DNA from: Botryllus schlosseri
Lineage: Eukaryota
Assembly: GCA_051294905.1 (NCBI GenBank)
Contig: CM119371.1
Location: forward strand, 4,776,001 to 4,840,000
Direction: 5' to 3'
DNA length: 64,000 bases
Positions 63,771 through 64,000 of the stretch are shown in pieces. The translations under genes and the position numbers were made by a program. Each line of letters begins with the position of its first letter. The stretch's first letter is position 1. The notes below the pieces were generated by a model. The model made no database searches. It was not told the DNA's origin and saw only the letters and a program-made list of their open reading frames with translations.

Positions 63771-64000
63771 CCATCATTTTTCATGTATAATGTGCAAAAT
63801 TTTACTGATTTTTTGCCTTAAAATAGGGGGATGCGTATTATACATGGTAACAACAAACCTTGAAAAAAATCTCCCTCAATAAAAACTTGAAATCACACCT
63901 TTCTTCATGTTTGTTTCCTACGCGCATCACTTTCAGCCATCGCGCCCAGTAATTAGTATTATCAGCGTAACGCGCTACCAATTACGGAGAAACGTGTTGC
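63771..64000. mobile_element. pogo-like MITE (family 'CCGTA'), runs off the window
   Basis: Homologous to 37924-38170 and 11232-11465. Confidence 0.75.

Overview
AT-rich, intron-containing eukaryotic (animal, probably invertebrate) DNA that is mostly nested transposons. No prokaryotic features are present. Two tandem C2H2 zinc-finger genes face away from each other. The minus-strand one (~7.0-10.75 kb) is split by a hAT insertion and has a premature stop. The plus-strand one has an intact 394-aa ORF (44876-46060). Each is followed downstream, on its own strand, by a scrambled array of decayed polo-like kinase 1 (PLK1) exons (15 exon remnants in total), and each is preceded by one arm of an old inverted duplication (14.7-22.2 kb vs 31.7-33.65 kb), so the window is a mirror-symmetric 'block-ZNF-PLK1 pseudo-exon' arrangement. 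About 20 DNA-transposon insertions have readable TIRs, most with TSDs (hAT Buster-type, TAGGG-ended hAT, pogo/Tc1-like, Merlin-like). There is also a CR1/L2-clade LINE with its empty site visible in the paralogous arm, and a tRNA-derived SINE. Five long foldback palindromes stand out: two are built from two copies of a transposase 3' end, and one contains head-to-head TTAGGG/CCCTAA telomere-like repeats. All calls were made by eye and by hand translation; no searches or alignments were run, so family names and some boundaries are approximate.
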